64,000 nt of DNA from Sminthopsis crassicaudata. Lineage: Eukaryota. The position numbers were made by a program, and so were the translations under genes. The notes under the pieces are model-generated. The model worked only from the letters and a program-made list of their open reading frames with translations, had not been told where the DNA came from and searched no databases. Below, piece by piece: positions 12,062 to 22,984 of the stretch (positions within the stretch are counted from its first letter, which is position 1; each line of letters begins with the position of its first letter). The stretch is taken from positions 650,606,558-650,670,557 of the forward strand of contig NC_133619.1 in NCBI RefSeq assembly GCF_048593235.1. Reading direction: 5' to 3'.

Positions 12062-12354
12062 CTAGACCCCAGAGGAAGGGGAAGAGGCAGGACACCGTAG
12101 GGGACCCCCCACCAAGTGCTCATGAGGCAGCTGGGGTGGCCAGTGCCTGCCCTCCCCCAGGGCCGGTCTCTTCATTCCAGCTGTGCACAACCCCCTCCCC
12201 CCCCCCACACGCCCCTTTGTCCTGGCCTTCCGCCTGGAGCTAGGGTCCCTGGAGACCTCCTGGTCCCCGGCCACGATGGGCCCAGCCTGGCCTCCGGACT
12301 GGATCAGGGACCGGGGACCGGGGTCCGGCCTTGGCACCCCTCCCACCCCCAGCT
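12062..12354 (-). pseudogene. Possible degenerate TM-type exon with lost hydrophobicity
   Basis: Acceptor catcccag|ag; DPGPRSLIQSGGQAGPIVAGDQEVSRDPSSRRK matches my consensus DYTVGNLIRLGLAGLVLVALGVLLAEDWHSRRK at 11 of 33 positions in register; open to stop at 12062. Confidence 0.3.
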
Positions 12355-13719
12355 CTGGGATGAGGCCCAGGGCAGCAGAAACGGGAGAAAAGGAAGGTCC
12401 TTGGGGTCACCATTGGAGGGCCCAGGTCAGGGTCACTCTGGTCCTTGCGCCAACTTGTGCTGTTCCCAGCTGAGGACACAAGGGTCCACCATGACCCCCC
12501 CCCCATCTTCCTCACATGTCCCAGAGCTGGGCTGGGGGGAGGAAGGAGAATCTGAGAATGGCCCTGGAAGGGACAGACCTGCGGCTGCCCGGACCTGACC
12601 CTCAGCAGCTTATCTGGGCCAGGACAGGGCCCTTCTGCTCTCGTGGGGCTCTGCTGCCAGGGCCACGTCTGGGCCACAGGAGCAGGGCATGGGAGGGGGG
12701 TGGGCACTCCCCAGAGTAGGACAGAGGACAACAGCAGGACTCTGGGAAGAGCTCGGGGACTTAGAGCAGGGACTCCAGGTGCCTCCCATGGATGCTCCCC
12801 ACCCCGGGTCCTGAGAAGGGGGAGTGGCAGGGGAGGGGAGGAGAAGGAGCAGGCAGAAAAGCAGACCCGAATTCCTGAAGATGGCTTAGAAGCAAAAAGA
12901 AAGCAAGGATCTGAGAAGCAAATCAGGGGAGGAGAACAGAGGAGGCTGGGGGGGGCAATGGGCAGCAGCACCCCCTCACCCCACTACCAGCAGCTCGCGG
13001 TCCCCCCAGCAAGCACTTATTCCCGGCTGTATCCATCCATCCATGAGGGTTAGGTGGGCACACACCCAGGGCCTGGCGCATCTGACCTGAGGGGGCAACT
13101 GCAGCTGGAAGATGATGGGACCTGCCCCCTAGGCCCTGTGCTCAGCAAGGGGGTCAGGCGGCCGGCCCGTGAGCATCAGCCTCGGCAGCCTTCCCCGGGG
13201 CTTCCTGAGCGGAGGAGCAGCCAGCTTCACCTTTCAGGTGGCTGTGAATGGGGAAGGGGCCCAGGGCTCGGCCCGTTGGGATGTAGCAGAACATGGCCAC
13301 GTGATGGAGACAAGCCAGTCTGGATGCCAGGAGACTGAGACCTCCCTATACCTTAGCTCTACAAGCTTCAGGCCCACCTTTCCAGACCGGTCACCTTCCA
13401 CCATTCCGTATTCCAGACCAACAACTTGTCCCCTCCCATCCCCCTCCAATGGTACTCCCCCTGGCCTGGAAGGCCTTTACACCTGCATCCGCCCTCCCAG
13501 AGGCTTCCACCCCCTCCAGGTGGCCATGGATTAGGGCTGTCTCTCACGACATTACTTTGAATTGACCAGCCTGCTTATTCTCTGCCCCTTAATCTTCCAC
13601 CCAATCATCTGGAAGAATGCAAATCTTCAGGAGGACAGGAGCCGGAGTGTGTGTGTCCATTTCTCAGGACCTAGCACACTCCCAGCCCACAGTCACCACT
13701 TAATAAACATCGGTTGAAA

Positions 13720-16245
13720 AACTCATCTGGAAGAACAAAAGTCAAAGATATCAAGAGAATCAGTGGGGGGTAATGGGTTGGGAGAAGGTGGTCTAGCCAT
13801 TCCAGATCTCAGACTGTATGATAAAGCAGCAATTATCAAAACAATTTGGTCCTAGCCAAAAATTAGAGTGGTAGATCATAGAATAGATAGGTACACATCA
13901 CATTATAGTAAATGATCATAGTAATCTAGTATATGATAAACCCAGTGATCCAAGCTTTTGGGACAAAAGCTGCTGGAAAAACTGGAAAACAGGATGGCAG
14001 AAACTAGACAAAAACCAGTATCTCGCACCATATACCAAGATTAGGGCAGAATGAGTAAAAGTGATACCATAAGCAAAGAAGGAGAGCATGGGCTAGTTTA
14101 TCAGATCTATGAAGAAGAGAATTTAAGATGAAAGAAAATCTAGAGAGAGTTGTAAAATATAATTTTGATTACATAAAATTAAAAAGGTTTTGTGGCTCTG
14201 GGTTTTTTTTTTTTTTTTGAGGCTGGGGTTAAGTGACTTGCCCAGGGTCACACAGTCAGAAGTGTTAAGTGTCTAAAACCGGATTTGAACTCAGGTCCTC
14301 CTGAATTCAAGGCTGGTGCTCTATCCACTGCGCCCCCTAGCTGCCCCCAAAAAGGTTTTGCACAAACAAAATCAATGCAACCAAAATTAAAAGAAAACTA
14401 GGGGGAAAGTGTTTGCAACAAGTATCTGATAAAGGCCTCATTTCTCAAATATATAGAGAACTGAGTCAAGTTTATAAAAATGCAAGTCATTTCCCAATTG
14501 ATAAATGGCCAAAGGACAAGAACAGATAATTTTCAGAAAAAGAAATCAAAGCTATTGTCATATGAAAATATGCCCTAACTATTGATTATAGACATTTAAA
14601 ACAATTCTGAGGTACCATCTCATACCCATCAGATTAGCTAATGTGACGAAAATGATCAATGTTGGAGAGGACATGGGAAAACTGAGACATCAGTGGATTG
14701 TTGGTAGAGCTGTGAACTTGATCAGATTCTGATTGTTGCCCCCAGCCCAACCCCCACAGAAATACAAGTCAATCCCACCACCATCCAAGAAGTTTAGGCA
14801 TCCTACATATACTATAGATACTGTAGATATCAGCCAATGAGAAAGTCCAACAGGATGTAGACCAGGACATTGAGCTACCAACTTCAATAAATCTTTCCCC
14901 TGACACGGCACCTGTGAACTATCCTTTGCTTTCCTTTGAATGAATTTATACAGTCAGGCTAATTATAACAATAATATACATTAATGTTTCCTAATGAGCT
15001 TCTCTATATGCATTCTGGGTAACCACATGTATAATTCCATCAAGGCTTTAGGACCATTCCAGATTCTTCCTGTAACCTCAAAATCTACATCTCTTGTGAT
15101 GTAGGCAACTTCCATAAATATCTTTATCTTGGTTTGCTGGGCTGCTAAGTCCTGCTAAACTTTCTTGAGTTACGTAATTCTCAAATATATTTAATTTAGA
15201 GATGGTCTGAGATTTAAATTCTCTCAAAAACATCGCAGCATCTATCTACTTGGACCCCAACAAGCTGATTCAGCCATTCTGGAGAGCAATTTGAAACTCT
15301 GCCCAAAGGGCTATAAAGCTGCATACCCTTTTATCCCACCGTAACACTACTAGATCTGTATCCCAAAGACATCAAAAAGAAAGGGGTGGGGAGGACCCAT
15401 TTGTACAAAAGCGTTTCTAGCAGCTCTCCTTGCAGTGGCTGAGAACCGAACTCAAGGGATGGCGATCAGGTGCGGAATGGCCAAACAAGCTGTGATGTAT
15501 GATTGGAGGGCATATTTTTATGCTGTGCGAAATAAGTGGGAGAATTTCCGAAAAGCCTGGAGAGACTTACTGAACTGATGCTGAGGGAACAGGAGCAGAG
15601 AACACAATACCGGCAATATCGTTTGAGGAAGAATTGTGAATGACTTAGCTATTCTCAGCAATGCAACAATACCAGATATCGCAAAGGATTAATGAAGAAG
15701 CGTATTATTCACTCCAGAGATACTGATAGTGCTCGGATACAAACTAAAGCTGCTACTTTTTCACTTTCCTTCTTTTTTGAGTCATTTTGTACAAAATTAC
15801 TAATATATGTGTTTTACTTGATTGCACGTGTATAATTGTTCATCATCTCAGGGAGGGCAAGAAGGGAGAGGTAGAATTTGGAACTCAAAACTAAAAAAAA
15901 AAACTAGGTAAAATTCATTTTAACTTGTAATTAGGAGGGTAAACTGTTTGCATTTTTTGTTTTTCTTCCTTTTTTTACCTTCCAAATCTAATTCTTCCAT
16001 TGCAACAACAACAGCAAAATTCGGTTCTGCACACATATATTGTACCTAGGATATACTATAAGATATTTAATATGTATGGGAATGCCTGCCATCTAGGGGA
16101 GGGGGTGGAGGGAAGGAGGGGAAAAACTCGGAACAGAAGGGAGTACAAGGGATAATGTAAAAAATTACCTATGCATATGTACTGTCAAAAAATGTTATAA
16201 TTATAAAATTAATTTTAAAAATTTTAAACTTGTAATTAGGAAAAT
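13720..16245 (+). mobile_element. Mosaic of LINE-1 ORF2/3' fragments with nested SINE, LTR and a younger L1 3' end
   Basis: L1 ORF2-like sequence 13720-14730 and 15263-15900; younger 3' UTR ~15940-16245; nested antisense WSINE1 ~14200-14348. Confidence 0.8.
14734..15262. mobile_element. Putative solo LTR inserted in L1
   Basis: TGTTG...CAACA termini; interrupts the L1 motif gtgaactgatc...ccattctggagagcaatttg; CCAAT and AATAAA inside; TSD not clean. Confidence 0.5.
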
Positions 16246-16876
16246 AAATATATATTTTAAAATCTTGGTTGAACTAAATCCCAAAAATCAGAATCAGAGA
16301 ATCCTCTTAGGAATCATGCAAAATCCTGAGAATCAGAGAACTTCGTTCTGCAGCACTTCAGGTGAATCCAAACCTGGGAAGTGGATATTCGGCGCCTGCC
16401 TGAAGGTCCTCGAAGAAGAGCATGCGCTCTTAAAGCAGCCCCTTTCACCAGGGGATGACTTATTGTGAGGAAGATCTCCTTGGCAATGGAAGGGACAAGG
16501 AAAGGAACAAGCATTTATTGAGCACCCACTATATGTCAGGCACTGTGCTGAGCACTTGATTCTCACAGCCACTCTGGAAGGCAGGGGCTATGAGTTTACA
16601 TTTGAGGAAACTGATGCAGGCCAAGATTAAGTGACTAGGGTCTGACGCAGCTGCTAATGGCTGAGACAGTATCTGCCCTCCGGTCTTCCTGACTCCACTC
16701 TAGGCATCGTGGCCCCCACCTGCCCTAACATTTTATATCAGCTTTCAGTGCCAGGCTTGGGTTTATGCTGAAGGAACAGGGATCCACCACGGATTTCTGA
16801 GTAAGGAGAAACAGGTCAGACCCTCATTCTCTGAATGCTAATTTGCCAGCTGTGCAGAGGGTGACTGGGAAGCAGG

Positions 16877-17070
16877 GAGATTACTCAACACATGGATTCT
16901 AATCAATCAGCATTTATTCAGTGCTTGCTGTGTACAGAATACCATGAGACTACTCAACACATTGATTTGATTCAATCAGCATTTATTCAGTGCTTGCTGT
17001 GTACCATGAGATTATTCAACACTTTGATTTGATTCAATCACCATTTATTCAGTGCCTGCTGTATACAAGG
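16877..17070. repeat. Three tandem copies (~62-69 bp) of an L2 3'-end-like unit
   Basis: gagattactcaacac...aatcaatcagcatttattcagtgcttgctgtgtac repeated three times with few differences. Confidence 0.85.
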
Positions 17071-17678
17071 TACCTTGCTAAGTGTTGGAGAGAGACACAA
17101 AAATAACAGTCTCTGCCCTGGAAGAGGAACAAGGTTCTTTCAACTGTTCAGACAAGTGGCGCTGGAGACCTGACCTGGAACGGGGTCTGTGTGAGTGGAT
17201 CCCAAGGTCACAGAGGTCTTCCAGTCCAAGCCCCTGGATTTACAGACAAGGAAAATGAGGTCTGATGACTTGCCTGGGGTCCTGTGGGAAGTCACTGGCT
17301 TCACCAGGCCTGGCCCCAGCCCCTCTGCTCCTAAAGCTACGATTCTTGTCCATCGTATCAGGGGAGGAGGGGGCAGAGGTCTGGGTTAAAATGGCATCCT
17401 CATCGTTGGACGGGGGCTGAGGAAGAGGGAGAGTGAAGGCTAACCAGCTCTGAGGCTGGAGACCCGAGTGGCCATCCATGGTCCCCATGGGCTATGTGTG
17501 TGTGGAGGAGATCAGTGGGAGGGCAGTGATGTGGGTCTGCTAGGACAGGCTGATGGGACAGTTCTGAGGAGGGGGAGAGGGGCCTGTGGCCTGAAGCCCC
17601 AGCCCAGAAAGAAGGCTGAGACGCCCCCCCCCGACTCTGTCCTTGGCTCACTAGCCGGGGAGCCGAGCCTCTAGGAGC

Positions 17679-17851
17679 TTAGAGGCCCAGCCTGGCTTCC
17701 CAGGGAGTCAGCGCCAGGTCTACGAGAACGAGTCCGGCCATGTTCCTGGAGAGGCGGAGGAGACAGCCTGGTGGTGAGGGGCTGGACCGTGGGGCCGGTG
17801 GCGAGGGGCTGGACCGTGGGGCCGGTGGCGAGGGGCTGGACCGTGGGGCGT
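17679..17851 (-). pseudogene. Possible degenerate TM exon preceded by 3 x 27-bp in-frame repeats
   Basis: DAPRSSPSPPAPRSSPSPPAPRSSPSPPGCLLRLSRNMAGLVLVDLALTPWEARLGL*; LLRLS..MAGLVLV...WEA resembles NLIRMGMAGLVLVVLGILLFEA; weak acceptor. Confidence 0.35.
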
Positions 17852-18099
17852 CTCCGGGACAAAGGCAGCCAGCAGGGCCGGCCCGTAGGCCCCAGCGGGC
17901 AGCCACCTAAGGCTGCTCTTGTCTCTCCCTACCAATCATGGACACCAACTTCCCGGGGCTCACTTTGGCCATTTTTCCCTAGTTGCCCTGGCAGAGAAAA
18001 CAGAAGGTGATAGGAAAGGGGCGCAGAGCGGGGATGAATCACCGTCAGCTCTAATGCCACGGGGCCGAGGAAGGCCTCCAGGAATAGGGAAGGTCCTAG

Positions 18100-19200
18100 G
18101 TGGGACTAGAATCTTCAGGCAAAATTCTAGAATGTATCCTGAAAGGGGCGGTTGTGAGACCGTATAAAGGGGAGGGTCATCCCTAAGCGCCAGGATGGAC
18201 GAATCAGCGGGCCGTAACTTCCCCGGCTCATCTCCCTTTTTGGCGGGGCTGATAGAGCAATGGCCTAGCCTTGGAGTCCCTGGAGATCAGGGAAGCATCT
18301 GCTTAAGTGGCTCATTCTCTCCTGTGGGCAAGGAGGGAAAGGGCCATTTGGGCAATAATGTAGCCGCATGGACTCGGGAGGAATTGTTGAGCAGACCTGG
18401 AAAGCGTTCAGAAATGGGTCCCTGAAAGCTCGGAGGCAGCTAGCTGAGCGCCTCGGCCATCTTCACTTTCATCAATGGCTTGGCTGGAAGGTATTCTTTG
18501 TCAGGCTGCTGGGAGACACAGAGCTGGAGGGGACGGCGGGCCCGAGATCCCCAAACTAGGGCGGAGGAGACGGGCAGCCGGGCAGCGGGGAAGGGTATCT
18601 GGACCTGTCCTTTCCCTGGGCCGGGCAGCTCCCAGGAGGGAAGTCCCAGGGGTGTAGACACGCAGCTGGCGACTTAAAATCTCAGTGCTGTCTAGGAAAC
18701 AGAGGAGTTGCTTGGTACAGACACGCAGCTAGTAAGTAAGTGCCAAGAACAAGAGTTGAATGCCGAGATTTCTGGCTTGATGGAGTATACCCCATTGACC
18801 AAAGTAAACACATCAGTATAAAAAAGTTAGCTTGACAGTGGAGGGGAGAACCTTGCTCCTTTGGGAATGGAAAAGATCTGGGGTTTTGGGTGGACCACAA
18901 GCTCAAAATAGGATAGAAATGGGATGGGATCGGGCCGCTGGCCAAGCAATTGGTCCCCAGCACAATGGGGTGGTCCTGCCTGAGCCCGGCCCGGGGGACC
19001 ACAACCAGACGGCAGTTTGGGCAGCAGAGTCTGAGAAGCTGGAAAGTGCCAGGGGGTGGCCAGATGGTAAAGGGGGTCGTGGTAAATGGGGAGTGGCGAA
19101 GGAGTTAAGGAGATTGGACCTGGAGAAGAGCAGGCTGGGGCCGGAGGGGGACGTGCCCAAGGCTCGAGCCAGGGAGATGTGGCAGGAAACCGGGGAGGCT
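18100..19200 (+). mobile_element. Degraded L3/CR1 fragments
   Basis: IVEQTWKAFRNGSLKAR resembles CR1 ORF2; gaaaagatctggggttttgggtggaccacaagctcaa and cctggagaagagcaggctggg match the L3 3' region. Confidence 0.6.
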
Positions 19201-19296
19201 GATTGGGCTCGGAGGGCTTCCCCCCTCCCCGAGGGCTATGGGGGCCGGAAGCCCCGCCGGTGTACCTAACTGCCCCACGCTCTTTGGTCTCCGCAG

Positions 19297-19535
19297 ATTT
19301 AAGCCCCGACAACCCCACACTCAGCCATTTCATCCGCGTCGGGCTGGCCTCTCTGGTTCTGGTGGCACTGGGGATTTTGTTGGCCGAGGACTGGCACAGC
19401 AAGAAGGATCCTGAGAAGGATCCAGGGGACATCCTGTTTGAGAAACCAAGTTATTCAGACATCAAGGCCAAGTTTGGAAGGTCTTGGAGAAAGTCTTCCA
19501 CCATCTCCAGGCACGGGAAAAAGGGACGGCTCTAA
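19297..19535 (+). CDS. Orphan LRC-type transmembrane/cytoplasmic terminal exon (Arg in TM)
   Basis: Branch-point-like cctaac, acceptor tctttggtctccgcag|at (phase 1); DLSPDNPTLSHFIRVGLASLVLVALGILLAEDWHSKKDPEKDPGDILFEKPSYSDIKAKFGRSWRKSSTISRHGKKGRL*; LAEDWHS as in GP6. Confidence 0.88.
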
Positions 19536-19671
19536 GCCCTAAGCAGCCACCCGCCGGCCACCCCATGGCACCACTCTCCTTCTAGGATATAAATCTTTGC
19601 TTGAAACTCAAGTGCTCAATTCACCTAAGGCCATCCCCAGAACAGGGCCACCTGCCGCCTCCCCGGGCTTC

Positions 19672-20812
19672 CCTATGCTCCCCGTCCCCAAGCTGTGCTC
19701 CCCATCCCCCGATCCCAAAGCCATCCTGCTCCCTGTCCCCAAGCTGTGCTCCCCGACCCCCATCCCAAAGCCATCCTGCTCCCTGCTCCCTGCCCCCAGA
19801 CTGTGCTCCCCGTCCCCCCATCCCAAAGCCATCCTGCTCCCCGTCCCCAAGCTGTGCTCCCCATCCCCCGATCCCAAAGCCATCCTGCTTCCTGTCCCCA
19901 AGCTGTGCTCCCTGTCCCCCCATCCCAAAGCCATCCTGCTCCCTGCCCCCAGACTGTGCTCCCCGTCCCCCGATCCCAAAGCCATCCTGCTTCCTGTCCC
20001 CAAGCTGTGCTCCCTGTCCCCCCATCCCAAAGCCATCCTGCTCCCCGCCCCCAGACTGTGCTCCCCATCCCCCGATCCCAAAGCCATCCTGCTCCCCGCC
20101 CCCAGACTGTGCTCCCCGTCCCCCCATCCCAATGCCATCCTGCTCCCCGCCCCCAGACTGTGCTCCCCGTCCCCCCATCCCAATGCCATCCTGCTCCCTG
20201 CCCCCAGACTGTGCTCCCCGTCCCCCGATCCCAAAGCCATCCTGCTCCCCGCCCCCAGACTGTGCTCCCCGTCCCCCGATCCCAAAGCCATCCTTCTCCC
20301 CGCCCCCAGACTGTGCTCCCCGTCCCCCCATCCCAATGCCATCCTGCTCCCCGCCCCCAGACTGTGCTCCCCGTCCCCCGATCCCAAAGCCATCCTTCTC
20401 CCCGCCCCCAGACTGTGCTCCCCGTCCCCCCATCCCAATGCCATCCTGCTCCCCGCCCCCAGACTGTGCTCCCCGTCCCCCCATCCCAATGCCATCCTGC
20501 TCCCTGCCCCCAGACTGTGCTCCCCGTCCCCCGATCCCAAAGCCATCCTGCTCCCCGCCCCCAGACTGTGCTCCCCGTCCCCCGATCCCAAAGCCATCCT
20601 GCTCCCTGCCCCCAGACTGTGCTCCCCGTCCCCCGATCCCAAAGCCATCCTGCTCCCCGCCCCCAGACTGTGCTCCCCGTCCCCCGATCCCAAAGCCATC
20701 CTGCTCCCCGCCCCCAGACTGTGCTCCCCGTCCCCCGATCCCAAAGCCATCCTGCTCCCCGCCCCCAGACTGTGCTCCCCGTCCCCCCATCCCAATGCCA
20801 TCCTGCTCCTTG
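19672..20812. repeat. 51-bp C-rich minisatellite, about 22 copies
   Basis: Unit cccagactgtgctccccgtcccccgatcccaaagccatcctgctccccgcc; 17-aa periodicity in the six overlapping ORFs. Confidence 0.97.
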
Positions 20813-21954
20813 CCAGAACTGAAGAAGAAGGCTCAGAACGGGCTGCACATGGCCCCATCTCCTACCTTGGTCAGCTTCTTACTGACCCTTACTGTGTCCA
20901 AAGCAGGAGGCCCGTGGCACCTAAGCTGCTCCCTCAGAATTCAGAAGGGGAGGGTATGAGGAATGTGTCTGGAAGGGAAGCGGAAGAGCCCGGGGGTCCT
21001 CACTCTCCTGTTGCCTCCTGATTCTTACCCCAAGGTCTCTCCCTTCTCCCGAGGTTTCTGGCCAGGCTGCCAGCACAGACCTCCTGGGCTTCCCCTGCAA
21101 GGATGGGGAGTGGGAGCACCATTTAGGAAGTCCTGGTCCTGTGGCCCATACACAGTCCTGGCCGAGAAGTTCTTCTAAAACTCAGCTCCCCCCTACACAT
21201 GCATACCACTCTGCTACCCCTCCCCACCATCTCTAGCTCCCTCTCTTTGCATAGTCCCCGTTCTCCGGGCTGACCGTATCACTGACAGACATCTCTCGTC
21301 AAGATGGAGATGTTCCCTCCTATTTGCTTTTTCAGTGCCTTCCCTCCCCAGTCCTAGGGGACTGCACTATACGGCATCCACCCATGTCTCCGGTCTAATT
21401 TCACATTCCTCCTTTCATGTGCTTTCCATTCTTAGTCTCAGCGGCCCAGGGACTATTTCTAGTACATAACATCCGTCTCCATGGCCTCTTGACAGGGGTC
21501 CTCCATGTCTCAAATGAATTTCTAGCGGAAGCAGAGCAGCCGATCTTATAGCACCATATAAATGCTTATTATGATGATGATCATCATCCTCCTCCTCCTC
21601 AGCTGTGTGGTGTCCCCAGACCCCAGGCAGGGCCCTTTGTTTTCGCCTGGGTCTTGAAGGGTTGGGGTAGGGGCAGAAGGTAGAGCTGCAGCCCCTTCCC
21701 CGAACCCTGCCCCCTCCTTGAGAGTCCAGTCCTTGAGTGTCACTTCATCTTTCTTGTACAAGTCACATAGGAGGAGGGGGTCAGACGTGGCCAGGGAGAG
21801 AACAGAGCCAACTGCAGTGTGGTCAGATAATTCTCTTCTTTCTCTCCGTTGTGGACAAAGTCCCACCCCTTTTCTTCCAGTCACCCACTGGCTGGGAGCT
21901 AAGACAGGAGCTATCGGGGCTGTACTGAAGTCGCTGCCCTCTGGCATCAGGTAA

Positions 21955-22178
21955 CACTGGATAGAATGCTGCCCCTCACTCAGGCACAAAGACGAGTCCA
22001 AATCCAGCCTCAGACATTTACCAGCCATGTGACCCTGGTCAAGTCACTTAATCCTGATTGCCTCAGTTTGCTCTTCTGCAGCGTGAGCCGAAGGAGGAAA
22101 TGGCAAACCATTCATACCTCTGCCAAGAAAACCACAAAATGCAGTCATGACGAGATGGGTATAGCTAAAAAATAACTG
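21955..22178 (+). mobile_element. MAR1-type SINE, followed by an antisense MIR fragment to ~22390
   Basis: gtgaccctggtcaagtcacttaatcctgattgcctc...gaaggaggaaatggcaaacca...tgccaagaaaacc. Confidence 0.75.
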
Positions 22179-22984
22179 AATAACCACTATGTGCCAGATC
22201 ACACGCTAAGAGATTTACAAACATCTCATTTGAGCCTCACAACAGCCCTGATAGGTTTATAATTATCCCCATTTTGCAGTCAAGGAAATTGAGGCAGAGC
22301 TTAAGGGACTCCCTCATAAGTGTCTGAGTTTCCATTTGAACTCAGACCTTCCTGAGACCGGGACCAGAACTTGATCCACTTGTTCAAATTAGCTTGAAGC
22401 AGACATACAAACCAGAGCGAATTATCTCCTCCCATGAGCCTTCCCCTCTCCTGTGTAAGTCTCTGTTTCACCTTAGGCATCTAACATCATTTAGAGGTGG
22501 CGATTTCCCCAGGCTCCCAGGGGGACAGGAGGATGACATCCAGGGCTTCGAACCCCTGGTCTCCAGGCAGAACGAGAAATCCTCTCCAGAGTGTGGCTCT
22601 AGCTCACCATCCCTGCCATACATTCTGGCCAAAACGGAGGCTCTGCTACTTTCCCACTCGGCGTGTCAGCTCTTAGAGTGGAACTGGCCATCTCGGAATG
22701 GGGGGGGGCCCTTCCTGGAGCACTTCAAGCACAGGCTGGAAGTGGGTAAAGGGCACTGCCTCGGGGGCATGGTTTGGATTGCAACATGGAACCCACCTGA
22801 GCAACCTCAAAGGAACAGAAGCCACTGAGTGATGGTGGCAAAGGGAAGAGCTCCATGTCAACCAACAGCCAACAAGCATTTATTAAGCACTTACTGTGTA
22901 TCAGGCATCTTTTAGTGAGGAACGTGGAGTCTTTGTAAATTTTCAGTGGTATTTCATTTTTCCAAATACATAAAATTTTCAACA

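Noticed and set aside
13169-13534. ORF with EGLYTC, resembling an Ig F-strand
   Set aside because: The underlying sequence at 13350-13530 reads as an L2 relic; no first Cys/Trp or splice sites
18195-18520. Minus-strand EYLPAKPL after an acceptor-like site, resembling the start of an Ig exon
   Set aside because: Stops follow in all frames; the + strand is better explained as CR1/L3 ORF2
19672-20812. CRISPR-like regular repeat array
   Set aside because: Head-to-tail repeats with no unique spacers, in a mammalian genome; the same applies to 39885-40720
19597-21021. Six long overlapping ORFs (375-474 aa)
   Set aside because: All arise from a stop-free 51-bp minisatellite; no domain, splice context or unique coding signal
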